Shown: one piece after another, positions 19,010-28,542 of the stretch
Numbering within the stretch: the stretch's first letter is position 1
How the letters are laid out: each line of letters begins with the position of its first letter
Source of the DNA: Clostridia bacterium
Lineage (GTDB): Bacteria; Bacillota; Clostridia; Oscillospirales; CAG-272
Length of the DNA: 64,000 nt
Assembly (NCBI GenBank): GCA_017456005.1
Contig: JAFTLJ010000028.1
Coordinates: 5,774 to 69,773 of the forward strand
Reading direction: 5' to 3'
The notes under the pieces: generated by a model
The model's database searches: none
What the model was told of the DNA's origin: nothing
Seen by the model: the letters and a program-made list of their open reading frames with translations, nothing else
Program-made: the position numbers and the translations under genes

Positions 19010-19755
19010 ACGAACAATATACATCTCTTTCGCTTTTCTACGATGCGTTTATGCAGGATGTGGATTATGGCGCTTGGTGCGATTTTTATGAAGAATGTTT
19101 TCGCAGGTTTTCCACAGGAGATGTGGAAAACCTGGCCGACCTCGGCTGCGGCACGGGCAATATAACCTTGCCTATGGCGGCGCGCGGCTACAAAATGACG
19201 GCGCTTGACCTCAGCGAGGAAATGCTCGCCCTGGCAGAGCAGAAGGCGCAGCGGCAGGGCGCGGACATACGCTTTCTTTGCTCGGATATGCGCTCCTTCA
19301 GCCTTGGTTTTCGCGCGGATGCGGCTATTTGCTCTTTCGACTGCGTGAACTATTTGTTGAAAACCGCAGATGTGGAAGCGGCATTTTGGCGCGCGCACGA
19401 AAACGTGGAAAAGGGCGGCTTGCTTATTTTCGACGTGGCAACGCCGTATAAATACAAAAACGTGCTGGGCGGCAATTCCTTTGTTTTCGAAAATGAAGAC
19501 GTTTTTATGACATGGGAAAATTATTTTAACGAAAAAAGCGGTGTGTGCGATTTCTATCTCACGTTTTTCGTGCGCGAGGGCGAGCTTTGGCGCAGGGAAG
19601 AGGAAGAGCAGCGCCAGCGCTCTTATTCTCTGAAAACCATACGAAAAGCCTTGAAAAATACGGGTTTTTCCATACTTTGTGAGTGTGGGGACATAGATTT
19701 TTCGCCGCTTTGCGAAGAAAGCGAAAGAGCTTTCTTTATTTGCAAAGCCGAATAA
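19006..19755 (+). CDS. Class I SAM-dependent methyltransferase
   Basis: LADLGCGTGN motif I. The start overlaps the upstream stop (ATGA). Confidence 0.8.
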   Translation: MNEQYTSLSLFYDAFMQDVDYGAWCDFYEECFRRFSTGDVENLADLGCGTGNITLPMAARGYKMTALDLSEEMLALAEQKAQRQGADIRFLCSDMRSFSLGFRADAAICSFDCVNYLLKTADVEAAFWRAHENVEKGGLLIFDVATPYKYKNVLGGNSFVFENEDVFMTWENYFNEKSGVCDFYLTFFVREGELWRREEEEQRQRSYSLKTIRKALKNTGFSILCECGDIDFSPLCEESERAFFICKAE

Positions 19756-19767
19756 GGGAAATATATG

Positions 19768-19793
19768 AAAAAAGACGCGAAAGCGTCTTTTTT
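19768..19793 (+). terminator. Intrinsic terminator after the methyltransferase gene
   Basis: AAAAAAGACGC-GAAA-GCGTCTTTTTT. Confidence 0.8.
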
Positions 19794-20006
19794 GATTGTC
19801 CAAAAAGCTGCGCATTTTGCAGAAAGTAAAAAATTTTGGCGTTTAAAACCGTGCGAGGCGATTTTTTATTCTTTGAAAATTTTGTTACACATATTTTTTA
19901 AAAAATATCGCAAATTAGATATGGACGAAAATTCGTCCCGCGCCATATGCGGCGGTGGCGTGCGAAAAGTATTCTGTAAAAGAAAGCCGCATTGGAAGCG
20001 AAAAAT

Positions 20007-21074
20007 ATGTCAAAAACAAAAAAAGCGGCAATGGCGTTTCTGGCGGCACTCTTTCTTTCGTTTGCTATTGTTATTTTGCCCGTTTCCGCGGCAGATATAA
20101 CAAGCGGCACCCCCACGGCAGACGAGCATGCCAAAATGCTTATCGCGGCGGGTGTGCCGTTCGGTGTTCGCCTGCATACAGATGGTGTTATAATAGTTAA
20201 CCTTACCAAGGTCGGCAGCGGCGAGGGGGCTTCCAGCCCCGCGCGCGATGCAGGGCTTTGCAAGGGCGACGTTATAATTTCCATAGGCGGCGAGCGCGTG
20301 AGCAGTGCAAAAGCTCTTTGCGATATTGTGGAAAGAAACGGCGGCGAGCTGAATATTACCGTTCGGCGCGAGGGCAAGGAAAAAACTTTCGCCGTAAAAT
20401 CCGCCTTGGGGGCGGACGGCAAATATAAAATAGGCGTGCTCGCGCGCGACAACGCGGCAGGTATAGGCACGGTCACGTTTATAGACCCCGAAACGGGCGT
20501 TTTCGCAGGGCTCGGACACGGCATTTGCGATGGCGAAACGGGTGCGCTCGTGCCTGTTTCATACGGTACCTGCGAGGAAGTTAGCCTTACGGATATTATA
20601 AAAGGAAAAAAAGGCGCCCCGGGCGAGTTGCGCGGCTACTTCACAGGGAAGAAGACGGGAAAAATAATAAAAAACAGCTATGCAGGCGTTGTGGGCGCGC
20701 TTTGCGGTGTGCCAACAGAGCTAGCTTCTGCCGTGTACCCTGCCGCCGGCAAGGGTAAGGTTCACAGCGGCAAAGCGAAGATAATAGCGACGGTAGACGG
20801 GGGCGGCAGGGCGGAATATGAGATAAATATTTCCTCTGTGGATGAAAGCAGTGGTCAAAAGAACTTTACCGTGGAGATAACCGATGAATCTCTTATAGCC
20901 AAAACGGGCGGTATTGTTCAAGGTATGAGCGGCAGCCCCATCATACAGGACGGATACCTCGTGGGCGCGATAACGCACGTTATGATTTCCGAACCCACGA
21001 AGGGGTATGGTATACTCATAGAGAATATGCTTTCGCAAACAACGTTTTCAAACGTTCCGGCGATAGCGGCGTAG
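20007..21074 (+). CDS. spoIVB: SpoIVB peptidase (stage IV sporulation, S55 family)
   Basis: Signal anchor, PDZ-like segment, GIGTVTFIDPETGVFAGLGHGI and GMSGSPI catalytic-Ser motifs. An ATG at 20007 is preferred over the TTG at 19992. Confidence 0.85.
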   Translation: MSKTKKAAMAFLAALFLSFAIVILPVSAADITSGTPTADEHAKMLIAAGVPFGVRLHTDGVIIVNLTKVGSGEGASSPARDAGLCKGDVIISIGGERVSSAKALCDIVERNGGELNITVRREGKEKTFAVKSALGADGKYKIGVLARDNAAGIGTVTFIDPETGVFAGLGHGICDGETGALVPVSYGTCEEVSLTDIIKGKKGAPGELRGYFTGKKTGKIIKNSYAGVVGALCGVPTELASAVYPAAGKGKVHSGKAKIIATVDGGGRAEYEINISSVDESSGQKNFTVEITDESLIAKTGGIVQGMSGSPIIQDGYLVGAITHVMISEPTKGYGILIENMLSQTTFSNVPAIAA

Positions 21075-21107
21075 CAAAAAGCGCCTGAGATAAAAAGGAA
21101 TAATAAT

Positions 21108-21147
21108 GCCGCTGAGAGCGACCACAACGGTTGCTCTCAGCGGTTTT
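21108..21147 (+). terminator. Intrinsic terminator after spoIVB
   Basis: 11-bp stem CCGCTGAGAGC / GCTCTCAGCGG followed by TTTT. Confidence 0.75.
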
Positions 21148-21264
21148 CAATCTTTTTCTGTGCAAAAAGTGAGAGTTTAATCATAAAATGAGATGTTGTT
21201 ATTTTCTTTTATTGTTGCTATAATATAATCGTAAGCTTATGAACAACAAAAAGGAGATTTTTAT

Positions 21265-22194
21265 ATGAACTCAACTGTGTTTTCTGAAAATATGAAAAAG
21301 TTCAGGCTGGCAAAAAAATACACACAGGAAGACATTGCCGAAAAGCTTTGCGTAACAGCTCAGACTGTATCAAGGTGGGAGTGCGGAACCACGCTGCCTG
21401 ACGTATTGATGCTGCCCGAAATTGCCAAGCTTTACGGTGTTATTGTAGACGACCTTTTTAAGAAACATTCCGTTGCTTACGAAAATTACGCACAAAGACT
21501 TTCTGCGCTTTATGAAATAAGTGACGACCCCGAGGATTTTTTAAGATGTCGTCTTGAATATCAAAAAATAATAAAATCGGGAAAAATGTCGATGCAAGAC
21601 AGATGGGACTATGCTTGGCTACATATGGCGATGATGTATGATTGCAAAGATGAAGCCCTCAAATGGTTTGACGAGGTTTTATCCGATAAAACAGATAAAA
21701 ATTCGCTTTCTTACAGGAGAGCCGCTTCTATGAAACAGGATATGCTCTTTTCTTTTGGAAAAGGCGAAGAAATTTTAAAGGAACGCCAGCAGAAAATGGA
21801 CGAAGCGGGCGGCGCGCTTGACGAGCGGGAATGGATATTGCTGGCAGAGGCATATGAGCTGGCAAAGCAATATGAAAAGGCTCTTGAGGTTTGCAAAGAG
21901 GCACTCCAAAAATATCCCGATAATTGGGAATTGTGTCTTTTAGTTGGATGTATCTATCGAGATATGAAAAAATATGAAGAAGCGATTATATACTACGAAA
22001 AAGCGGGAAAAATAGGAACGTATTTTTGCGATGAAAAGTATTCGATTGCTATGTGCTATCGAGACCTCGGGAAATTCAAGGAAGCACATCGGATCTATTT
22101 GGAAATTGCGGACATTCACCGCAAAAACGGATATGACGTGGAGGCAGAGCAGGCTTTGGGGTATGCAAAGGAAATTGAAGACAAAATAAAATGA
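21265..22194 (+). CDS. XRE-type HTH regulator fused to TPR repeats
   Basis: N-terminal KKYTQEDIAEKLCVTAQTVSRWECG (HTH_3), and a C-terminal half with TPR-like repeats (..YEKALEVCKEALQKYPDNWE.., ..YEEAIIYYEKAGK..). A+T-rich relative to its flanks. Confidence 0.7.
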   Translation: MNSTVFSENMKKFRLAKKYTQEDIAEKLCVTAQTVSRWECGTTLPDVLMLPEIAKLYGVIVDDLFKKHSVAYENYAQRLSALYEISDDPEDFLRCRLEYQKIIKSGKMSMQDRWDYAWLHMAMMYDCKDEALKWFDEVLSDKTDKNSLSYRRAASMKQDMLFSFGKGEEILKERQQKMDEAGGALDEREWILLAEAYELAKQYEKALEVCKEALQKYPDNWELCLLVGCIYRDMKKYEEAIIYYEKAGKIGTYFCDEKYSIAMCYRDLGKFKEAHRIYLEIADIHRKNGYDVEAEQALGYAKEIEDKIK

Positions 22195-22227
22195 ATTATA
22201 TTTAGACTATGGATAGGTGCGAGCCAA

Positions 22228-22250
22228 AGCCTTTCCCACAGGAGAAGGCT
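22228..22250 (-). repeat. Isolated fragment of the DUF559-cassette terminal hairpin
   Basis: AGCCTTTCCCACAGGAGAAGGCT matches the CCTTCTCC-NNNN-GGAGAAGG outer hairpin of the arms at 5277 and 41324. The inner hairpin and the GGATGAGG word are absent. Confidence 0.45.
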
Positions 22251-22551
22251 GTTTTACCGAACGATAATATATCTGCAAAGTGCGAGAAAAAAGGAGTACG
22301 AGCAAAATCGCTCGTGCTCTTTTTGCTATTTTTTATTGAAAAAATAAAGGGGCAGAGCGCCAAATCGGCGTTTTTTGCAAACAAAAAACATCAAAATGAT
22401 ATTTTTATTTACAAAAACACTTGCAAAATGCGAAAAAACAGCAAAATATAAGAAAAAGAATTTTTTTGCGACGGACATAAGTCGACAGGCTAAAAACATT
22501 TTTTGCGTTATGATAAAATAAGCAAGGATTTATAAAAATAATGCAAAAAGG

Positions 22552-24930
22552 ATGATGAAAATGACAGATGAAAAAACGAAAAAGAGCTTCCGCGCGGCTG
22601 CCATTACGCGCGGCAAAAAGAAGCGCAGGCGAGCTATGCTTCTGCTGCTTCGGCGTGCGGTAATTTCCGCTTGCGCGGTTTTTACGGGTTATATTTTTTC
22701 GGGCAAGATGCTTCCTTTCGGCACATATCCGTTGGGTATAGCCCTCGTTTGCTCGGCAGAGCGTTTTGTGGCGGAGCTTTTGCTGGGAGCTTTTTTGCGG
22801 CTTGTTTTCGGCGGCGAAGGGCCGCGCCTTGCCTCGCTTTTGTGCCTTATTTGCGCTGTGGCAAGGTATCTTTTGGCCAAAGTTATACATAGAGCGCGCG
22901 GCAGCGTGCGCAGGGCGAGCACAAAAAACGACATTTTGCCAATTTACGATGATATTAGCATACGCGTGGCTGTGGCGTTTTTCGCCTGCTTCGTGTGTGC
23001 GGTGGTTCGTATAGTGGGCGGGGGCACGTTCTACGACATTTTTGCGGGTATTTTTTGCTCCCTTGCCATACTGCTTTTTACGTTTCTGTTTTCCTTTGCA
23101 TTCGATAAAAAGTGCAAAAATGCGGGCGCTGTTTCCGCAGGGCGCGCCGCGATCGTCTTCTGCGCCGTGCTGACGCTTGCCGACGTTAGCATTTTTACGG
23201 TTTCCATAGGAATTATGGCGGCGTATGCAATAACACTTGCCATGGGCTATGCGGGCGATGGCGCCCGCGGCGCTGTGGCAGGACTGCTCGTAGGTGTAGC
23301 CGTGGGCGGCGATTACGCCTTGCTTTTTGCCTTTTCCGGGCTTGCGGCAGGGATATTCTATGAGTTTTCGCGTGTGATCGCGTTTTTTCTGCCGCTCGGC
23401 GTGACCGTATGTGCAGGGCTTTACCTTATGGGTGGCGACCCTGTGATAGCTATGCTGCCAGAGGTACTCATAGCCTCGTTTTTTGCCGCAGGACTTGCCT
23501 TTTTGGGGCTTCTGCCCGAATTTTCCATAGCGGAAAGGCGCGTGCGCGGCGAGGCTTCTGTGCGCGAGCTGCTTTCGCAGAAAACGGAAAAGGAAAAGAA
23601 GGCGCGCACAGAAGCCAAGGTCACCATGCTCGCCTCGCTTTCAGAGGCTGTTAAAAATATGTCTGAAACCCTGCGCAAGCCGAACAAGGACCACCTTTCG
23701 GATATGTGCCGCGAGGTCTTCGATAAATTCTGCGCGGATTGCCCGAAGCTGGAGGAGTGCCGCCGCGGCTTCCGCAGGGGCATGGACGTGGTGGACAGCA
23801 TAACGGAGCGTATTATGAAAAGCGGTAAGATAGCACCGGAAAAATACGGCGAGGTCATGCGCTTCGGTTGCCTTAAAAAGGATGCGATAATAACAGAAAT
23901 AAACCTGCGCGCGGCGAAGATGCTGGAAAACGCCCTGCGCGGCGACCGTTCGCGCATTTTCGCCTTCGATTACAGTGCGGCGGCGCGTATAATTGCCGAC
24001 ACCGTGGCGAAAAGCGACACGGTCTACGCCGTGGATGAAGCGCTTACAGAGGAGCTTTCGCTCGCGTTTTCTGCCGCCGGCATAGGTGCGGAAAACCTGC
24101 TTGTTTGCGGCGAGCGCAAAAAATATATTATTGCCACGGGCAGGGAGGTGTTGCGTAGCGGAGCCTCCGCACAGGAGATACGCGCCATATGCGAGGATGT
24201 GTGCGGCGGTATCTTCACCCTGCCGGAATATTCCATGGAGGAAAGCGCCGCCGCCATGACGCTGGAAAGCACGCGCGTTTTCGAGGTTGAGTATGCCGGC
24301 AAGCAATGTGCCAAGCGCGGCGAAAAACAATGCGGCGACGCTATAGGCATAACTGAATCGCGCGAGGATTTTTTCTACGGCTTTATCTGCGACGGCATGG
24401 GGAGCGGAAGCGATGCGGAAATAACGGCGCGTATAGGCAAAACGTTCCTGGAAAAAATGCTTTCCTGCGGCAACCGCAAATCCACGACGCTCGATATGCT
24501 GAATATGTTCATTTCCAATAAAAATACGGAATGTTCCTCTACGGTGGATCTTTTGGAAATAGACCTTCTGCGCGGCAAGGCATCGTTTACCAAAAGCGGC
24601 GCCACCGCCTCCTATATAGTGCGGCGCGGCAGCGTTTATAAAATAGCTTCCGATACGATGCCCCTGGGGCTTTTGCCCGAAGTATGCGCGGAGGTTACGG
24701 AATTTTCCGTGTGCGACGGCGATGTGATAGTTATGTGCTCCGACGGAGTGGCGAGCGACCCCGAGAGCGACGGCGAGGGGGGAGCTGTGCAGCTGGTGGA
24801 ATTTTTGGAGCACGAATATATGCAGGATGTGGGCAAGATAGCGGAAAACCTGCTTTTCGATGCAGCGCGCGTGCGCGGCAGGGCAGATGATATGACTGTG
24901 GGGGTTTTCCGTGTGAAGCGCAAAACGTGA
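22552..24930 (+). CDS. spoIIE: Stage II sporulation protein E (membrane PP2C phosphatase)
   Basis: About 10 N-terminal TM helices, with a C-terminal PP2C-like region (GDAIGI...FICDGMGSGSDA...VMCSDGV). Confidence 0.85.
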   Translation: MMKMTDEKTKKSFRAAAITRGKKKRRRAMLLLLRRAVISACAVFTGYIFSGKMLPFGTYPLGIALVCSAERFVAELLLGAFLRLVFGGEGPRLASLLCLICAVARYLLAKVIHRARGSVRRASTKNDILPIYDDISIRVAVAFFACFVCAVVRIVGGGTFYDIFAGIFCSLAILLFTFLFSFAFDKKCKNAGAVSAGRAAIVFCAVLTLADVSIFTVSIGIMAAYAITLAMGYAGDGARGAVAGLLVGVAVGGDYALLFAFSGLAAGIFYEFSRVIAFFLPLGVTVCAGLYLMGGDPVIAMLPEVLIASFFAAGLAFLGLLPEFSIAERRVRGEASVRELLSQKTEKEKKARTEAKVTMLASLSEAVKNMSETLRKPNKDHLSDMCREVFDKFCADCPKLEECRRGFRRGMDVVDSITERIMKSGKIAPEKYGEVMRFGCLKKDAIITEINLRAAKMLENALRGDRSRIFAFDYSAAARIIADTVAKSDTVYAVDEALTEELSLAFSAAGIGAENLLVCGERKKYIIATGREVLRSGASAQEIRAICEDVCGGIFTLPEYSMEESAAAMTLESTRVFEVEYAGKQCAKRGEKQCGDAIGITESREDFFYGFICDGMGSGSDAEITARIGKTFLEKMLSCGNRKSTTLDMLNMFISNKNTECSSTVDLLEIDLLRGKASFTKSGATASYIVRRGSVYKIASDTMPLGLLPEVCAEVTEFSVCDGDVIVMCSDGVASDPESDGEGGAVQLVEFLEHEYMQDVGKIAENLLFDAARVRGRADDMTVGVFRVKRKT

Positions 24931-25074
24931 ACGGCGAAAAAGCAGAAAATTTGAGTATATTGCCACAAAACAGAGGTTTTTTGCAAATAAACGGGGCTTT
25001 TTTGCAAAAAACACGGAAAAACACGAAAAAATTCGGGAATTTAAAGTTTTTTTCAGCTTTTTTTATAAAACATA

Positions 25075-25103
25075 TTGCAATTTGCGTAATAATTTGATAT
25101 AAT
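25075..25103 (+). promoter_or_regulatory. Sigma-A-type promoter TTGCAA-17-TATAAT
   Basis: TTGCAA at 25075-25080, an exact 17-nt spacer, TATAAT at 25098-25103. Confidence 0.6.
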
Positions 25104-25174
25104 TCCCTCGTGAATAAAAGGGAGCGTGATTTACTCCTTTTTTGAAATTCTTTTGAATATTCACGGCACTTTTT

Positions 25175-25212
25175 AATGCACGGAAAAAACATCATTTTTC
25201 CGTGCATTTTTT
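25175..25212 (+). terminator. Strong intrinsic terminator about 70 nt downstream of that promoter and 110 nt upstream of potA
   Basis: 12-bp stem ATGCACGGAAAA / TTTTCCGTGCAT with a 7-nt loop, followed by TTTTTT. Confidence 0.75.
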
Positions 25213-25321
25213 GAATATTTTTGCTATTCTTAAAAAAGCGAAAATAAAAAGCCAGGTACAGGCTTTTGGTACCCGTGTGCGTAATGCGCATAATACATTT
25301 TTTAAAAAGTGAGAGGAAATT

Positions 25322-26929
25322 ATGAGCAATAATCCTGTTATAATCGAACTCAAAAACATTTCCAAAAGTTTCGACGGCGAACAAATTTTGAAGTCTATAG
25401 ACCTCGAGATACACGATAAGGAATTTGTGACCTTCCTCGGCCCCTCCGGCTGCGGCAAGACCACTACTTTGCGTATTATAGGCGGCTTTGAAACGCCCGA
25501 CGAGGGAGATGTCTACTTCCTGGGGAAGCAGATCAACAAATTGCCCCCGCACAAAAGACAGCTTAATACGGTATTTCAGAAATATGCGCTTTTCCCACAC
25601 CTGGACGTTTACGAAAACGTAGCTTTCGGCCTGCGCCTTTCCAAAACGCCGGAGCCCGAAATAGCCAAGCGTGTGCACGAAATGCTCGCTATGGTTAACC
25701 TCGAGGGGTATGATGCAAGACGTGTAGACCTGCTTTCCGGCGGACAGCAGCAGCGTGTTGCTATTGCTCGCGCGCTGGTAAACCGCCCGAAGGTCCTGCT
25801 TCTCGACGAGCCCCTGGGCGCGCTCGACCTTAAGTTGCGCAAGGAAATGCAGATAGAACTTAAGAAAATACAGAAGCGCCTCGGCATCACGTTTATTTAC
25901 GTAACGCACGACCAGGAGGAAGCGCTCACTATGAGCGACAGGATAGTGGTTATGAACGGCGGTGTTATACAGCAGATAGGCACGCCGCAGGATATTTATA
26001 ACGAGCCGGCAAACGCTTTTACGGCAGACTTTATAGGTGAATCCAATATACTTCCCGGTGTTATGCACGAGGATTTCCTCGTTTCCTTCGCCGGCAAAAA
26101 GCACAAATGCATAGACAAGGGCTTCGAAAAGGACGAAAAGGTGGATATAGTTATCCGCCCCGAGGATATAAAATTCGGAAAGCCCACGGAAAACGTTATG
26201 TGCGGCGTTGTTTCCAACGTTACCTTCAAGGGCGTACACTATGAGATGACGGTTTCCCCACGCGGCGGCAAGGTTGCGCCCGCGCTTATGGAAGTGCCCG
26301 AAAACGGCGCATACGGCAAGCTCCCAATACCGAAAAACGGCGATTTTGAGTTTGAGGGCTGGTATACAAAGCGCGTGGGCGGCCACAAGGTGGAGGAAAA
26401 CTCTGCTATATACAAAAATGCACCGCACATTCTCTATGCCCACTGGACGATGTATGGCGAGCGCGCAGGCTCCTATACGGAAAAAGAGGGCTACGAGCAG
26501 GGCGAAACATACAAAATATCCTTTGAATCGCCCGAAACAGACGAAAGCTTCAGCGATATAAGCTGTGAAAACGGCGTATACTGCACTCTTCCCACGCCCG
26601 AGGCGAGGGATGGCTACCGCTTCGCGGGCTGGTTCACAAAAATGAACGGCGGCAAAATGGCGGCAGAGGGCGCACATCTGCTCGAATACGAGGACCATAC
26701 GCTTTACGCACACTTTACCCCCGTGCAGGAGGGCGCGGCTGTATCCCACAAGGTAGAGCTCGACCCCGACGGCATTCCCGTTTGGATAGCACAGTCTACA
26801 GAGGCAACGCCCGTAGGCACTTATGTAGGGCTCTACGTAGAACCCGAAAATATCCAGGTAATGCACAAGAGCGGCTGGAACTTCAGCAGCGTGGAAAAAT
26901 CCGATGAAGAAAACGGAGATGTGAAATGA
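25322..26929 (+). CDS. potA: Spermidine/putrescine ABC transporter ATPase with two inserted Flg_new (Listeria-Bacteroides) repeats
   Basis: GPSGCGKTT Walker [16 protein letters not shown] signature and LLLDEP Walker B. The TOBE-like tail is interrupted after ..[10 protein letters not shown] by about 170 aa holding two ..G[YF].F.GW[YF]TK..GG.........LYAH[WF]T repeats. Confidence 0.9.
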   Translation: MSNNPVIIELKNISKSFDGEQILKSIDLEIHDKEFVTFLGPSGCGKTTTLRIIGGFETPDEGDVYFLGKQINKLPPHKRQLNTVFQKYALFPHLDVYENVAFGLRLSKTPEPEIAKRVHEMLAMVNLEGYDARRVDLLSGGQQQRVAIARALVNRPKVLLLDEPLGALDLKLRKEMQIELKKIQKRLGITFIYVTHDQEEALTMSDRIVVMNGGVIQQIGTPQDIYNEPANAFTADFIGESNILPGVMHEDFLVSFAGKKHKCIDKGFEKDEKVDIVIRPEDIKFGKPTENVMCGVVSNVTFKGVHYEMTVSPRGGKVAPALMEVPENGAYGKLPIPKNGDFEFEGWYTKRVGGHKVEENSAIYKNAPHILYAHWTMYGERAGSYTEKEGYEQGETYKISFESPETDESFSDISCENGVYCTLPTPEARDGYRFAGWFTKMNGGKMAAEGAHLLEYEDHTLYAHFTPVQEGAAVSHKVELDPDGIPVWIAQSTEATPVGTYVGLYVEPENIQVMHKSGWNFSSVEKSDEENGDVK

Positions 26930-27744
26930 ATATAAAAGCAAAATGGGCTTCATACCCTTATATAATTTGGATGATACTTTTCACTATCATCCCGCTTGCA
27001 ATGATAGTTTATTTTGCTTTTACGGATAGCGACGGCGGTTTTTCGTTTGCTAATATACAGCAGTCTGCCGCGCACATCCCCACACTTGTAAAAAGCATAT
27101 ATCTTGCGGCTATTTCCACGGTGGTCTGCCTCGTGCTGGCATACCCTTTTGCATACTATATTTCGCGAAAATCCTACAGCAAGCAGAAAATGATGGTAAT
27201 GCTCGTTATGCTGCCCATGTGGATGAACTTCCTTTTGCGCACACACGCGCTTTCCGCGCTTATAGAAGACAACGGCGTTATAAATACCTTGCTTATGAAA
27301 ATAGGTCTTGAGCCTATACAGATGATAAATACACAGGGCGCCGTGGTATTCGGCATGGTATATAACTACCTGCCGTATATGATAATGCCGCTTTATTCCA
27401 TTATGACAAAGATAGACGGCAGAACAGTAGAGGCGGCAGCGGACCTCGGCGCAAACGCCCTGCAAACGCACAGAAGGCTTATACTGCCCATGAGCATGCC
27501 GGGCATAATTTCCGGCATAACCATGGTTTTTGTGCCCTCTGTGAGTACGTTCGTTATTTCCGGCCTTCTGGGCGGCAGCGATAACTACCTTATAGGCGAT
27601 ATTATCTCTGCGCAGATGCTCGGCAGCGCATACAACCTCAATTACGGCAGCGCGACCTCGCTCCTTCTTATGCTTGTCGTGCTCGTTACGATGATTATTT
27701 TCAACAGTATGGATTCTGAAGATACGGAGGGAATGCTCGCGTGA
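26926..27744 (+). CDS. potB: Polyamine ABC transporter permease
   Basis: 6-TM permease with an EAA-loop-like segment (EAAADLGAN....RRLILP). Overlaps the potA stop. Confidence 0.85.
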   Translation: MNIKAKWASYPYIIWMILFTIIPLAMIVYFAFTDSDGGFSFANIQQSAAHIPTLVKSIYLAAISTVVCLVLAYPFAYYISRKSYSKQKMMVMLVMLPMWMNFLLRTHALSALIEDNGVINTLLMKIGLEPIQMINTQGAVVFGMVYNYLPYMIMPLYSIMTKIDGRTVEAAADLGANALQTHRRLILPMSMPGIISGITMVFVPSVSTFVISGLLGGSDNYLIGDIISAQMLGSAYNLNYGSATSLLLMLVVLVTMIIFNSMDSEDTEGMLA

Positions 27745-28541
27745 AAAAAAGCAAACTTTCAGGCATCTATGCCGCACTTATACTTCTTTTTCTCTATGCA
27801 CCTATTATAATTCTTATCGTATTTTCGTTTAACTCCGAAAAGGGCTATTCCTGGCAGGGCTTTTCACTCAAATGGTACAAAGAGCTTTTTGCCAACGAGC
27901 TTATAATAGAATCTTTCTACAACACGATAATAGTTGCGCTTATAGCCAGCGTTTTCGCCACGATTCTCGGCGCTCTCGCCGCGCTAGGCGTTTATTCTAT
28001 GAAAAATAAAATGGCAAAAGGGCTTATACAGAACGTCACGAATCTGCCGCTTCTAAACCCCGAGATAGTAACGGGTATTTCGCTTATGCTGCTTTTCGCG
28101 GCAATGCGCTTTTCAGGCGGCTGGGTAACGCTTATAATAGCGCACATAACTTTCTGCGTGCCCAGCGTGTTCCTTTCCATTTTGCCGAAGCTGCGCCAGA
28201 TAAACAAGAGTCTCTATGAGGCGGCGATGGACCTTGGCTGCAGCCCTGCGAAGGCTTTCCAGAAGGTGGTCATTCCCGAAATCATGCCGGGTATTATAAC
28301 AGGCTTCCTTATGGCCTTCACATATTCCTTAGACGACTTTGTAATAAGCTATTTTACAGCGGGCAAGCTAAACACGCTCCCCATCACCATCTATTCAATG
28401 GTAAAGAAGCGCGTAAGCCCCGAAATAAACGCTCTTTCCACGTTGCTTTTCGCGGCGGTGTTCATAATACTTCTTGTTACAAACATCCGCGCGATACGCA
28501 AGGAAAAAGAGCTTGAAAGAAAGAGAGCCGCAAGGAGCTGA
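27741..28541 (+). CDS. potC: Polyamine ABC transporter permease
   Basis: 6-TM permease with YEAAMDLGCSP...F..V..P. Overlaps the potB stop. Confidence 0.85.
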   Translation: MKKSKLSGIYAALILLFLYAPIIILIVFSFNSEKGYSWQGFSLKWYKELFANELIIESFYNTIIVALIASVFATILGALAALGVYSMKNKMAKGLIQNVTNLPLLNPEIVTGISLMLLFAAMRFSGGWVTLIIAHITFCVPSVFLSILPKLRQINKSLYEAAMDLGCSPAKAFQKVVIPEIMPGIITGFLMAFTYSLDDFVISYFTAGKLNTLPITIYSMVKKRVSPEINALSTLLFAAVFIILLVTNIRAIRKEKELERKRAARS

Positions 28542-28542
28542 A

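Noticed and set aside
22209-22451. The 80-aa ORF downstream of the HTH-TPR gene as its signalling pro-peptide.
   Set aside because: It has no signal peptide or Shine-Dalgarno. Its N-terminus (..EPKPFPQEKAV..) is just the translated DUF559-cassette hairpin fragment. It also runs through a terminator hairpin.
22481-22487. A Spo0A box (GTCGACA versus TTCGACA) upstream of spoIIE.
   Set aside because: This is a single 6-of-7 match in an A+T-rich region and cannot be distinguished from chance without comparative data.
25129-25180. A small peptide (GTG-initiated MIYSFFEILLNIHGTF) encoded in the pot-upstream promoter-terminator unit.
   Set aside because: The GTG sits only 1 nt after the putative GGGAG Shine-Dalgarno, which is too close. 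The ORF has no distinguishing features.
24731-26953. Very long stop-free ORFs on the strand opposite to well-supported genes. Examples: 45..1553 +, 3198..4622 -, 23641..25014 -, 24731..26953 - (740 aa), 51077..52384 -, 53705..54775 -, 59394..61406 - (670 aa).
   Set aside because: Their translations are low-information and rich in F/H/R/C/V/Y, with no recognisable motifs. Each lies antisense to a gene with clear family signatures. They are best explained by codon bias of the sense genes avoiding TTA/CTA/TCA, which removes stops from the antisense frame.
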